Part shown: positions 1 to 9,394 of the stretch, piece by piece
Layout: every line of letters begins with the position of its first letter
Position numbering within the stretch: the first letter of the stretch is position 1
Made by a program: the position numbers and the translations under genes
NCBI GenBank assembly: GCA_046760505.1
Contig: JBHIEG010000009.1
Location: forward strand, 1 to 64,000
Reading direction: 5' to 3'
DNA: 64,000 nt
Source: Candidatus Hydrothermarchaeota archaeon
GTDB lineage: Archaea > CAYFZR01
The notes under the pieces: model-generated
What the model saw: only the letters and a program-made list of their open reading frames with translations
Told to the model about the DNA's origin: nothing
The model's database searches: none

Positions 1-1
1 T

Positions 2-304
2 ATGATTCGTATGAAATTTAGTAAGCAAATGAATAAAATACTTTTAGTTCTTAGGAAAAATTTGGATGGATTGCCTGAGTCTAAGATAATAGTCAAGGGA
101 GAAAACTTGGATAACGAAAGAAAAAATGATCGTGTAAAATTTTTGAAGTCAACCTACAGAATGTCCATCAAAAAATTAGTTTCTCGTGATCTTATCGCAA
201 AAGATAAGGGAAAATATAAATTAACTGGAAAAGGAATTGATATTGCTCAAAAAATTCACGAAGAAGTCAAAGAATTTATCAGAGAGTACGGTCATCTGGT
301 TTAA
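2..304 (+). CDS. Winged helix-turn-helix DNA-binding protein (may be 5'-partial)
   Basis: C-terminal wHTH pattern SIKKLVSRDLI...KYKLTGKG; basic, 100 aa. Confidence 0.6.
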   Translation: MIRMKFSKQMNKILLVLRKNLDGLPESKIIVKGENLDNERKNDRVKFLKSTYRMSIKKLVSRDLIAKDKGKYKLTGKGIDIAQKIHEEVKEFIREYGHLV

Positions 305-354
305 TTTTTTAAAGTTTAAATAGTTCATGTCTCCTCAATTATAAAGGTGAAAAT

Positions 355-1965
355 ATGCCAGAGAATGGAGAAGAATCTATTCTTTCCAGAGATGCGAGAG
401 ATACCCTTAAAAAAAGTTTCAAGAAACTTAAGAACAAAGTTTTGATCGAAGTTTTTATAAAAGAAGGTGAAAACGATCAATACAATGAACTAACCATTAA
501 ATTTCTCTCAGAACTCTCAAAACTCTCAAGAAAAATCAATACAAAAATTAACAAAATTGGAGACGAAAAATCAGAAAAATATGAGGTTTACAGATCGCCC
601 ACCATTTTAATTGAGCCAGAAAAATATAGAATAAGATTTACAGGTTCTCCTTTAGGAGAGGAGGCTAAATCTTTTATAGAGACATTGTTCTTGGTCTCTG
701 CTCGAGAAAGTGGCTTATCAGGCGAATCTAAAAAGAAATTGGCAGATCTTAAGGATAAGAGATACGTACAGGTATTTGTTCTTCCAACATGCCCTTATTG
801 CCCGTGGGAAGTTTTAAATGCTATTAGAACTGCAATAGAGAGACCTGATTTAATAACTGCTGAATGCATTGAATCAAGCGAAAACGAGGATTTAGCAAGG
901 GAATTTGATGTTATTTCAGTTCCTCAAACGATAGTAAATGGCATAAAGGTTGCCATGGGTCTTCAGCAAGAAGACATGTTCATCCAATCGCTCATAACAT
1001 TAGAGCCGCAGGTTGAATTAAAACCTGAATTAGCAGAGGAAATCGTTGGAGAGGCAGATCTAATTATAGTCGGTGCAGGTCCCGCTGGCTTGACAGCGGG
1101 AATATATGCGGAGAGAAGTGGCTTAAGAACCATAATACTTGAGAAAGAAGCGGTTGGAGGTCAGGTTTCATTAACTCCGGTGGTAGAAAACTATCCTGGA
1201 TTCGAAAATATACCTGGAAAGAGACTTATGGAAATGATAAGTACACAAGCGAGAAACTACGCTCATATACATGAGGGAGAAGAAGTTTTAGAGATAAAGG
1301 TTGGGAAGAAAATAGAGGCAATTACAAGAAAGGGAAAATATCTGGCAAATGCTTTGATTATTGCCACAGGGGCTATGCATAGAAGACTCGATGTTCCGGG
1401 AGAAGAGAAATACGCAGGAAGAGGAGTTAGTTACTGCGCTACATGTGATGGTTACTTTTATAAGGGAAAAGAAGTTATCGTCGTCGGAGGAGGAAACAGC
1501 GCACTGACAGACGCTCTCTATTTAGATAGTTTGGGTGCAAAGGTCACTCTGATTCATAGGAGAGATTCTCTGAGAGCAGAAAAAAGGTTACAGGACAGTC
1601 TTTTCGAGAGAAAAATCCCAGTGATATGGAACTCTGTTATGGAAGAGATCTACGGAAACGATGAGGTCAAGGGCGTAAAGATCAGAAATCTATTGGATAA
1701 TTCGGTAAAGGAAATTTCAACTAGCGCAGTTTTTATAGCAATTGGAGAAGTTCCAAACTCTGAAATTGCAAGAGAAATTGGAATCGAAGTGGATGAAAAA
1801 GGTTTCATAAAAACAGATAGGTCTCAGAGAACGAACATACCAAGAATCTATGCAGCAGGCGATGTAACTGGCGGCGTTAGACAGATCGTAACAGCAGTAG
1901 GAGAAGGGGCAACTGCTGCTCTAGCAGCATTTGAAGACCTTTCAAAACCTTATTGGAGAAGATAA
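355..1965 (+). CDS. trxB: Protein disulfide oxidoreductase (double thioredoxin)-thioredoxin reductase fusion, AhpF-like
   Basis: CPYC in the second Trx unit; GAGPAG FAD motif, CATCDG redox motif, GGGNSA NAD(P)H motif, AAGDV. Confidence 0.9.
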   Translation: MPENGEESILSRDARDTLKKSFKKLKNKVLIEVFIKEGENDQYNELTIKFLSELSKLSRKINTKINKIGDEKSEKYEVYRSPTILIEPEKYRIRFTGSPLGEEAKSFIETLFLVSARESGLSGESKKKLADLKDKRYVQVFVLPTCPYCPWEVLNAIRTAIERPDLITAECIESSENEDLAREFDVISVPQTIVNGIKVAMGLQQEDMFIQSLITLEPQVELKPELAEEIVGEADLIIVGAGPAGLTAGIYAERSGLRTIILEKEAVGGQVSLTPVVENYPGFENIPGKRLMEMISTQARNYAHIHEGEEVLEIKVGKKIEAITRKGKYLANALIIATGAMHRRLDVPGEEKYAGRGVSYCATCDGYFYKGKEVIVVGGGNSALTDALYLDSLGAKVTLIHRRDSLRAEKRLQDSLFERKIPVIWNSVMEEIYGNDEVKGVKIRNLLDNSVKEISTSAVFIAIGEVPNSEIAREIGIEVDEKGFIKTDRSQRTNIPRIYAAGDVTGGVRQIVTAVGEGATAALAAFEDLSKPYWRR

Positions 1966-1966
1966 T

Positions 1967-2080
1967 ATGGCTAAATGGAAATGTACTGTATGCGGATATA
2001 TACATGAAGGAGGAGAGCCTCCAGAAAGATGCCCAAAGTGCGGAGCACCTAAAACTGCATTTGTAAAAATTAGCGACTGA
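1967..2080 (+). CDS. Small rubredoxin-like protein (37 aa, not in ORF track)
   Basis: [37 protein letters not shown]: CxxCG...CPxCG. Confidence 0.85.
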   Translation: MAKWKCTVCGYIHEGGEPPERCPKCGAPKTAFVKISD

Positions 2081-2099
2081 TCTAATAGGAGGTGAAATA

Positions 2100-2222
2100 A
2101 TGGGGGTTCAAAAGGTTGGTGAAAAATACAGGTGTAACATATGCGGCAACGAAGTCACCGTCACAAAGGTAGGAGGCGGCACTCTCGTTTGTTGCGGCGA
2201 GGATATGGAACTAATAGGCTAA
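2100..2222 (+). CDS. Desulforedoxin (FeS4 domain, 40 aa, not in ORF track)
   Basis: [40 protein letters not shown]; RBS GGAGGTGA upstream. Confidence 0.9.
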   Translation: MGVQKVGEKYRCNICGNEVTVTKVGGGTLVCCGEDMELIG

Positions 2223-2261
2223 TTAGTCATTAAATGATTAATAACTGAATAAGAGGATAGT

Positions 2262-2763
2262 ATGGATGTTTATGAAGCGATAGAAAAGAGAAAAAGCATT
2301 AGGAAGTTTAGACCAGATCCTGTTCCTGAAGATGTTCTTAAAAAAGTACTTTATGCTGGTACACTTGCTCCAAATGCATTCAACACAGAACCATGGGAGT
2401 TCATAATTATAAAAGATCAAAAAATTAAGGATCAAATCGCTAAAATGCGAGAAAAGATCCCTCGTCAAAAAGAGGCAATAATTACTGCTCCTCTTTTAAT
2501 AGGAGTGTGTTACGACAATAAATTGGGCAACGAGTCGCTTGCATCTGCTTATACATGTATTGAAAATATTTTACTTGCTCTAACATCAGAAGGGCTTGGT
2601 TCTGTTATATTAACTTTCAAAGGGAGAAAAATTAAAGAATTACTGAGGATTCCAGATAACATAGAAATCGCATGCCTAATTCCTGTAGGATATCCTGCAG
2701 AAGTTCCTGAAAACCGTTAAGAACTCCTGTTGAAGAAAAGATCCACTTCAATACCTATGATTG
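2262..2763 (+). CDS. Nitroreductase family protein; C-terminus frameshifted (ORF stops at 2720, natural end in another frame at 2763)
   Basis: RKSIRKF, APNAFNTEPWEF, IPVGYP; one extra A in the run at ~2710 gives EKPLRTPVEEKIHFNTYD*. Confidence 0.8.
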
Positions 2764-2772
2764 AAGTTTAAA

Positions 2773-3837
2773 ATGAAAGCAATTGCGGTTAATCCTCTTA
2801 AAAAAAATTCACTGCGGTTAATAGATGTTCCTGAACCTGATATCGGAGAGAACGAGGTACTTTTAAAGGTTCTCTGCGTTGGAATAGATGGAACAGACAG
2901 AGAAATCAGCGAAGGCTTCTATGGAAAAGCGCCAGATGGATATGACTATCTGATCATTGGGCACGAATGCCTTGCTTTAGTTGAAGAAGTCGGAAGTAAA
3001 GTTAAAGACTTTAAAAGAGGAGATCTGGTTGTACCTACCGTAAGGAGACCCTGTCCTGAAAGATGTATTAATTGTAGAAATCAAGAATCAGATATGTGCT
3101 TGACCGGAAACTATCTTGAACATGGAATTCATGGATTGCATGGCTTTGCGAGTGAATTTACCGTCTCAGATGCTGATTATTTAGTTAAAATACCAGAAGA
3201 AATTAAAGATTTTGCTGTTCTCCTTGAACCATTGAGTATAGCAGAGAAGGCTATCTATCAATCATTTAAAATTCAAGAAAGAATGATATGGAATCCAAGA
3301 AGGACAGCAGTACTTGGAATAGGACCCTTAGGTCTTTTACTTGTTTTTATTTTAAGACTAAAAGGCATTGAAACATATGTACTTGGAAGAAGTCCTAGAG
3401 AAAGTTTAAGAGCGAATTTGGCAAATAAAGTTGGTGCTATCTATATCGATACGAGAGAAACCTCTAAATCCGATATAGGAAATTTTGACCTCGTATTCGA
3501 GGCAACCGGAAGCGTTTCATTTGCACTTGAACGCTTAGATCTGCTGAATCCAAACTCTGTTTTCTGTATTCTAGGAATCTACCGAGAATTAAAGGAGTGC
3601 AAGGACTTTGGAAATTTACTTACAGAAATTGTTTTGAAAAACAAGTTGATTTTTGGATCTGTAAATGCTAACAGAAGATATTTTGAAACGGGCATTGATC
3701 ATATGTTAGATATAAAAGAAAGATGGGGAAACTTGTTAAAAGAATTGATTACAAGAGAGGTCAAGCCAGAGAATTATGCTGAAGCCCTTAAAAAATATCC
3801 TGAAGACATCAAGACAGTGATCAGATTTAATCTCTAA
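2773..3837 (+). CDS. gdh: Glucose 1-dehydrogenase (Zn-dependent MDR family)
   Basis: GIDGTD, GHE, PTVRRPC..C..C structural Zn site, GIGPLG, GSVNAN. Confidence 0.85.
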   Translation: MKAIAVNPLKKNSLRLIDVPEPDIGENEVLLKVLCVGIDGTDREISEGFYGKAPDGYDYLIIGHECLALVEEVGSKVKDFKRGDLVVPTVRRPCPERCINCRNQESDMCLTGNYLEHGIHGLHGFASEFTVSDADYLVKIPEEIKDFAVLLEPLSIAEKAIYQSFKIQERMIWNPRRTAVLGIGPLGLLLVFILRLKGIETYVLGRSPRESLRANLANKVGAIYIDTRETSKSDIGNFDLVFEATGSVSFALERLDLLNPNSVFCILGIYRELKECKDFGNLLTEIVLKNKLIFGSVNANRRYFETGIDHMLDIKERWGNLLKELITREVKPENYAEALKKYPEDIKTVIRFNL

Positions 3838-4178
3838 GATTTTGATTTAAGATATCTCTCTATCGGTCTTCTATCAGGAATCGTTTCGTATTTCTTCTTC
3901 CCCTTTATGTAATCATCGGTTACATAAAGAGTGCAGAGACAGCGACCATATTCATCAAGATCAGGATCTCTGTAGTCGCATGGACAGATTATATCTCTGT
4001 CTTCACTCAATACTCCGCTTGCCATCCTGCATGGACATGAGCGATATCCGTATCTCTCCTCGTTTCTTAAAAGACCTTCCAGAATTTTGCTCAATATCTC
4101 CCAGTCTGGATTTAACGTATAACCTGTTTTCTCAGCATATATTTTCAGCGTGTTGTATAGATCCTCTACTGCTTTCAT
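3834..4178 (-). CDS. Ferredoxin:thioredoxin reductase catalytic subunit-like protein
   Basis: CPC...CPC...CLC motifs, YGYRSCPCR. Confidence 0.9.
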   Translation of the reverse strand: MKAVEDLYNTLKIYAEKTGYTLNPDWEILSKILEGLLRNEERYGYRSCPCRMASGVLSEDRDIICPCDYRDPDLDEYGRCLCTLYVTDDYIKGKKKYETIPDRRPIERYLKSKS

Positions 4179-4420
4179 ATCCTTAAAACCTCCCTTATTC
4201 GATCCTCATTGTAGCCCAAGATCACGTTGCCATCTATTATGAGAGTTGGAAATTTTAGGGTTTTGCTTGCCTTAATAACTTCTTCTATTGCTTTCTCTCT
4301 TTCTTCGCCTTCCAATAGATCTACATCAACGTATTCATATTCAACATCATTTTCATCCAGAAATTTCTTCAAAGCTCTGCAAAAAATGCATGTGCTTAGA
4401 GTGTAGGCTTTTATCTTCAT
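4175..4420 (-). CDS. Glutaredoxin (NrdH-like)
   Basis: TLSTCIFC, FPTLIIDG; ATG at 4420 preferred over 4456; overlaps the FTR start. Confidence 0.85.
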   Translation of the reverse strand: MKIKAYTLSTCIFCRALKKFLDENDVEYEYVDVDLLEGEEREKAIEEVIKASKTLKFPTLIIDGNVILGYNEDRIREVLRI

Positions 4421-4802
4421 ACTTTTCCCTGTTTTTTCATATAAACTTCTATTCATTTTTTAATCTTCATTAGGTGTTAAATTGATTTTCTCAAAATTTA
4501 AATCTTTACACAAATGCGGTGATGCTTCGCTTTAGCCTGCTGAGTCCTATCATCTCGGCGACTATCGCAATAGACGGTAATCGCGATCTAGGCAGAAAAG
4601 ACTTTACCGTCCTTTGACCTAGCTGAGAATGATCGTACAAATCCCATACCACGGAGTTTACCCACTATTTAATTCTGAATTAGCTTTTATCTGAAGTTTG
4701 AAGATGTATATGTTGAATAATGAAGAAATAAAAAGATTCATATGATTGTTTTACACCCCATATCTCTAAAAAACAATAACGCGATAATTCACGGTGAGAA
4801 GT

Positions 4803-6062
4803 ATGGAACTTGAAAATAGGATCGAATTAATTCTTTCGCTAGCTGATAGAATAGATGAGAAGAAAGACGATCTAATAGAAGTCGCGATTGAGGATATAGG
4901 ATTCACGCATAAGGATACATCTTACGAATTCGAGCTTACCATAGATCGATTGAAAAATTTTCAAAATGCAAAGAAATTAGTAGAGGCAAGAGAACCAATT
5001 TGCAGGAAAGATGAGGAAGTTGCATTAATATTGCCATATAATGGGAGTAGTTGGCTAAACATAGCTATAGTATCCATATTTCTCGCTGGCAACAACGTTA
5101 GGGTGAAATTTTCCTCCAAGAGTCCTAGGATAACAAAGCTCATAGAAAATATCTACGATCAAATATTTGGTAATACGATAAAATTCGATTACAGGCATGG
5201 AAAGGAATTTATGAAATATGCAATTGAAAGTCCAAAGGTCAAGGCTATAATTGCATTCGGATCTGATTCCACGGTTTTGCCATATGAAGAAGAGGTTGAA
5301 AGAGCTAGGAAAAAACTCGTATTCGAGGGCCCAGGGAATGATCCCCTAATTATTTTAAACGATGCAGATCTTGAATCAGCCGTTAAAGAACTCACGTCTA
5401 CCAAATATATGTTCTCCGGACAGGCGTGCACCGCTCCTGAAAGGATCTATGTGCAGGAAGATATCTATGAAACTTTTCTCGATGAGTTCTTGGAACAAAC
5501 AAAGAATTTGGTAGTGGGAGATCCCAAGAGTCCTGAAACGGATGTAGGTCCACTTGCGAGCAAGAGAGCGGTGGAGAACATTGAAAGACAATTGAGAGAT
5601 GCCGCTGCTAAAGGAGCAAGAATAGTTTACGGTGGAAAAATCGAAGGAAATTTTGTATATCCAACAATCGTTGCTGACGCAAATCACGGTATGCTTGGAA
5701 TGCGAGAAGAAGTATTTGGACCAGTTAGCTATATATGCAAATTTAACTCCATTGAAAAGGTGGTAAGGCTCGCAAGGGATAGCAAATATGGTTTGAGAGC
5801 AGCGATATTTGGGAAAAAAGATGCAGAATTGATTGCTAGCGCTCTCAGAGGTGCTGACTATCTAGAGGAAGTAGAAAACTATACATTTGGAAAATTTGGA
5901 ACTTTGGGTGTAAACGAGCCAAGGGCTGAGACTTGGAGAGATGCTCTCGTTACCAAGCCAATTGGAGGCTATGGTTACTCAGGCTGGGTATGGGACTTCG
6001 AAAATGGAGAATTCAAGATAAAACAGGGACCAAAGCTATTCAGCCTGGAAACCTCAAGGTAG
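4803..6062 (+). CDS. Aldehyde dehydrogenase family protein (divergent)
   Basis: FEGPGNDP, SGQACTA catalytic Cys, EEVFGPV, YGL. Confidence 0.85.
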   Translation: MELENRIELILSLADRIDEKKDDLIEVAIEDIGFTHKDTSYEFELTIDRLKNFQNAKKLVEAREPICRKDEEVALILPYNGSSWLNIAIVSIFLAGNNVRVKFSSKSPRITKLIENIYDQIFGNTIKFDYRHGKEFMKYAIESPKVKAIIAFGSDSTVLPYEEEVERARKKLVFEGPGNDPLIILNDADLESAVKELTSTKYMFSGQACTAPERIYVQEDIYETFLDEFLEQTKNLVVGDPKSPETDVGPLASKRAVENIERQLRDAAAKGARIVYGGKIEGNFVYPTIVADANHGMLGMREEVFGPVSYICKFNSIEKVVRLARDSKYGLRAAIFGKKDAELIASALRGADYLEEVENYTFGKFGTLGVNEPRAETWRDALVTKPIGGYGYSGWVWDFENGEFKIKQGPKLFSLETSR

Positions 6063-6705
6063 CAAGAAAACGGGATGCTGGAGAATGTCCATCCAGAAGT
6101 ATACGGTTCTCCCTATGAATTCATATTATTTCCCCTGGAATACGAAGGAGCCCAGATCTGAAATTGTTAGATTCAATAGAGCTTTAAAATTGGCTAACCT
6201 ATCCGAAAAAAAGAGTAAGAATGTTATAACTATAAACTAACACGAAAAAGAGGACATTGAAAAGATTTTTAATAGATTTAACGTAAGTTATGAAAAAAAG
6301 ACATTATTTCAGCGTATTTAGGTATTTAATGCCGAGATAACGGCATTAATACAGCAATTTTTCCAGCCAGCTGATGAGATACAAGTATTAATCATTATGC
6401 GCTTCTTCGTTATTTTTCTAATCACCATTCAAAATAACTCTCTGTTAAGACTTTGATAAATTTGCATACACTTTGATTTTTTTATAGAATAGATATAAAA
6501 AAGGATCCAGATTTAGATTTTTTAAAATTTAAGGTGTTTATAGTAGGTTTTATAAAAAAATAATTATATCAGGCTATCTCAAGGCCGATTGGATAAGATT
6601 TGTAATAGATTCATTATTAAACCCTTCGCATGAGAAAAAATTTTTATCTTAGTTTTTCATATCCTATTTGAAAAAGTACTGGTTTATTCTAAGTTGGAGA
6701 TAGAA

Positions 6706-7686
6706 ATGAGAATTTCTCTAGGGCTAACCACGAGCATGCCCATAGAAAAATCTATTGATTATGCCCGTCTCGCTGATGAGTGCGGTTATTACAGGATTTG
6801 GGTCGGAGAGGATGTTCTTTCCAGGGAAATTTTTACCTATATCTCCGTGATAGCGCTCAAAACAGAAAAAATTTTGGTTGGAACTGGAGTTACAAACCCA
6901 TATGTGAGGAACATAGCGGTAATTGCCTCAAATTCAGCAGGAATTCAGGAATTGAGCAAAAATCGATTCACACTCGGTTTAGGAGCTGGCGGAATTCCAG
7001 AGGTAGAGAAAATGACCGGGGAAAAGCCAAAGAGAGTGGTAGAGGTTATGAGAGAAGCCACAACATTGCTGAGAAGAATATTCAACGGAGAAAAAATTAC
7101 TTACGATGGAATATTGGCTCATTTAAAGGATTATAAGTTATCTATTTCTGGTATATCTCCTCCAAAAATATACTTTGGAGTAAGAGGGCCAAAAATGCTG
7201 GCTCTTGCAGGAGAAATTGCAGACGGAGTAATATTCAGCGGGTCGAAGGACTATCTCTTGAAGGCAATTAAAAGAGTAGAAGAATCCGCCAGAAAAGCAG
7301 GAAGAGATCCTGAAGACATAGATTTTGTCTTGTGGAATCCGGTTGTCGAGATCAAAGAAGAAAAAGACTTAGATCTTGCTAGACTTGTAACTGCTACAAT
7401 AGTCGCAAGCCAGCCGGATAGTGTCTTGAGAGAAATGAACCTAGATACTGAAAAGGTAGAAAGGATTAGAGAACTATTCAAGTCAGGAAACTATGATAAG
7501 GCAAGTGATATGGTGAGCAGGGACTTACTGGATAGCATTTGTATAGCAGGATCAAGGGATCAAGTCATTGAGACTTTCGAAGAATTTCATAAAAAAGGAT
7601 TTAGGGAATTTGTTCTAGGACCTCCCTATGGAAGAAATCCTGTAGAAACGATTAAATCTTTTAAAAAATGCGCAGGAGAACTGTAA
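6706..7686 (+). CDS. LLM class flavin/F420-dependent oxidoreductase (Mer-like)
   Basis: GTGVTNPYVR, RFTLGLGAG, GPKMLALAGEIADG. Confidence 0.85.
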   Translation: MRISLGLTTSMPIEKSIDYARLADECGYYRIWVGEDVLSREIFTYISVIALKTEKILVGTGVTNPYVRNIAVIASNSAGIQELSKNRFTLGLGAGGIPEVEKMTGEKPKRVVEVMREATTLLRRIFNGEKITYDGILAHLKDYKLSISGISPPKIYFGVRGPKMLALAGEIADGVIFSGSKDYLLKAIKRVEESARKAGRDPEDIDFVLWNPVVEIKEEKDLDLARLVTATIVASQPDSVLREMNLDTEKVERIRELFKSGNYDKASDMVSRDLLDSICIAGSRDQVIETFEEFHKKGFREFVLGPPYGRNPVETIKSFKKCAGEL

Positions 7687-7687
7687 T

Positions 7688-8626
7688 TTGGATTACGGAA
7701 TCAACTTTAACGGTGATATGCCATTTCAAGATATTGCAAAGGGTTCAAAGATATCGGAAGAGATAGGATTCCACTACATTTGGGTGGGGGAATCTAAAGA
7801 TGTCGTTCATCCGTTTCCTGTTATTGCGCTAATATGCGAAAGTACCGAAAAGACCAGAATAGGTTCTGGCGTAATATCGCCCCAGTTAAATCGATGCGAG
7901 CACATAATAAAGGCTTTTGAGACTCTGCAAGAGGTATACGGAAGGAGATTCGTGGTAGGTCTTGCCCCAGGAGACTACTTTGGACTCAAATCTTTAGGAA
8001 TTAAGAGAAAACCAATCGAAACAGTTGGGGTATGTGTGATAGACATAGTTACAAGCAGGAACCCTGTTTTCGTTGTTGATGATGTGGAAGATCTGAAGGC
8101 AAAGTCAAGAATAAAAAGAGACATAACCGATATACCTATATTCATTGGTGCTGCCAGCCCTAAGATGATTAAACTAGCGAGTTCCATAGCAGATGGTGTT
8201 TTACTGAATTATGTGCATCCTGATTTTGTTGAATGGGCCTTAAGATACTTCAAGAAAAAAAACTACGTTGGAGTTTATGGTCCATCTCTTATTTTGCCTG
8301 ATAAAAAATACGAGGGTCATTTGAAAATTGCAGCATCTGTAGTTGCCTCGAGCGTTAGCAAGGAGATTCAGGAAGAATTTGATATGGAAGAAAGTATAGA
8401 AGACATTAAAAATATCATTTTGAAGAAGAGGTACGGAGAATTAAAAAAATATAACAATTTTTTACTCGAGAAATTTACGATCTCTGGTGATATATCTGAA
8501 ATCAGGAACAGGATAGATGAATTTAAAGATATGAAGGTTGATCAGGTAATTTTCGGAGGCCCGATGTGCGAGAACATAAATTCAATCAAACAACTTAAAG
8601 GATTGTTGAACGGTTCTTCGCAATAA
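7688..8626 (+). CDS. LLM class flavin/F420-dependent oxidoreductase (second, more divergent paralog)
   Basis: RIGSGVISP, RFVVGLAPGD, AASPKMIKLASSIADG. Confidence 0.8.
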   Translation: MDYGINFNGDMPFQDIAKGSKISEEIGFHYIWVGESKDVVHPFPVIALICESTEKTRIGSGVISPQLNRCEHIIKAFETLQEVYGRRFVVGLAPGDYFGLKSLGIKRKPIETVGVCVIDIVTSRNPVFVVDDVEDLKAKSRIKRDITDIPIFIGAASPKMIKLASSIADGVLLNYVHPDFVEWALRYFKKKNYVGVYGPSLILPDKKYEGHLKIAASVVASSVSKEIQEEFDMEESIEDIKNIILKKRYGELKKYNNFLLEKFTISGDISEIRNRIDEFKDMKVDQVIFGGPMCENINSIKQLKGLLNGSSQ

Positions 8627-8690
8627 TTTAACTATGATTTAACTGTTTAACTGTAATAATAATTTGTTACGAGAACTTATTTTTACTTCT

Positions 8691-9287
8691 TCATGATTTT
8701 TTAATAAGTCTGATGATCTCTTTTCCCTTTTCATAGGCATCTTTCATGGCGGTTGGATGGTTTTCTATTTTCCCCAGCTTGTCCATGTTGTTGTAAAGGA
8801 GAGTATCTGTGAATTCCATGTCTATAATGTCGAAAAAAGCTGTCACTGTCATTGTTGCGCCCATGAATACTTTATCGTAGTCCATGCCAGCAACAGATAT
8901 AAAAAGTCCCTTTCTCCTTCTTTTTTTCTCAGGAGATATGAAAGAATCCTTTAAAACGTATTTTTTTGCCCAGAAAACCTGACATCTGTCCATTAAGGCC
9001 TTCATCTTTGCTGGTATTCCAAGGGTCATAACTGGGGTTGCTAAAAATATGCTATCTGCTTCCTTTATTTTCTCGTAGATCTCATTCATATCATCTTTGA
9101 TGGGGCATTCTCCGGTTTCAATACAATCAAATATCTCTCCACAAGGTTCAATATTTTTAAAGGCGACGTATATTTTTTCCACTTTTGCTCCTTCGCTCTT
9201 CGCTCCTTCGATTGCTCTATCCAAGAGCCTGTCTGTATTTCCACCCTTTCTTGGACTCCCTACTAACGCTAAGACTTTTATTTTCAT
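8691..9287 (-). CDS. Flavodoxin-fold iron-sulfur flavoprotein / NADPH-dependent FMN reductase family
   Basis: GSPRKGGNT, PCGEIFDCIETGEC, TPV, KALMDR. Confidence 0.85.
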   Translation of the reverse strand: MKIKVLALVGSPRKGGNTDRLLDRAIEGAKSEGAKVEKIYVAFKNIEPCGEIFDCIETGECPIKDDMNEIYEKIKEADSIFLATPVMTLGIPAKMKALMDRCQVFWAKKYVLKDSFISPEKKRRRKGLFISVAGMDYDKVFMGATMTVTAFFDIIDMEFTDTLLYNNMDKLGKIENHPTAMKDAYEKGKEIIRLIKKS

Positions 9288-9394
9288 TTGCACCAACGTT
9301 TTATAACTCGGTAGTTCATTTTAACTTATTTTGTTGTAATTTACCTTGATTCGACATATAAAGTATGACATAAAAAGACGGTATGAAAATAAAA

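Noticed and set aside
6060-6062. Pyrrolysine readthrough of the ALDH TAG
   Set aside because: No pyl genes in the window and the ALDH appears complete; the open downstream frame is better explained as a relic or chance.
8627-8665. TTTAACT repeated three times, possible CRISPR or repeat element
   Set aside because: Too short, with no spacers; probably terminator-region low complexity.
4803-9287. Bioluminescence (lux-like) operon
   Set aside because: The LLM proteins are Mer-like, there is no luxD or luxE, and the host appears anaerobic.
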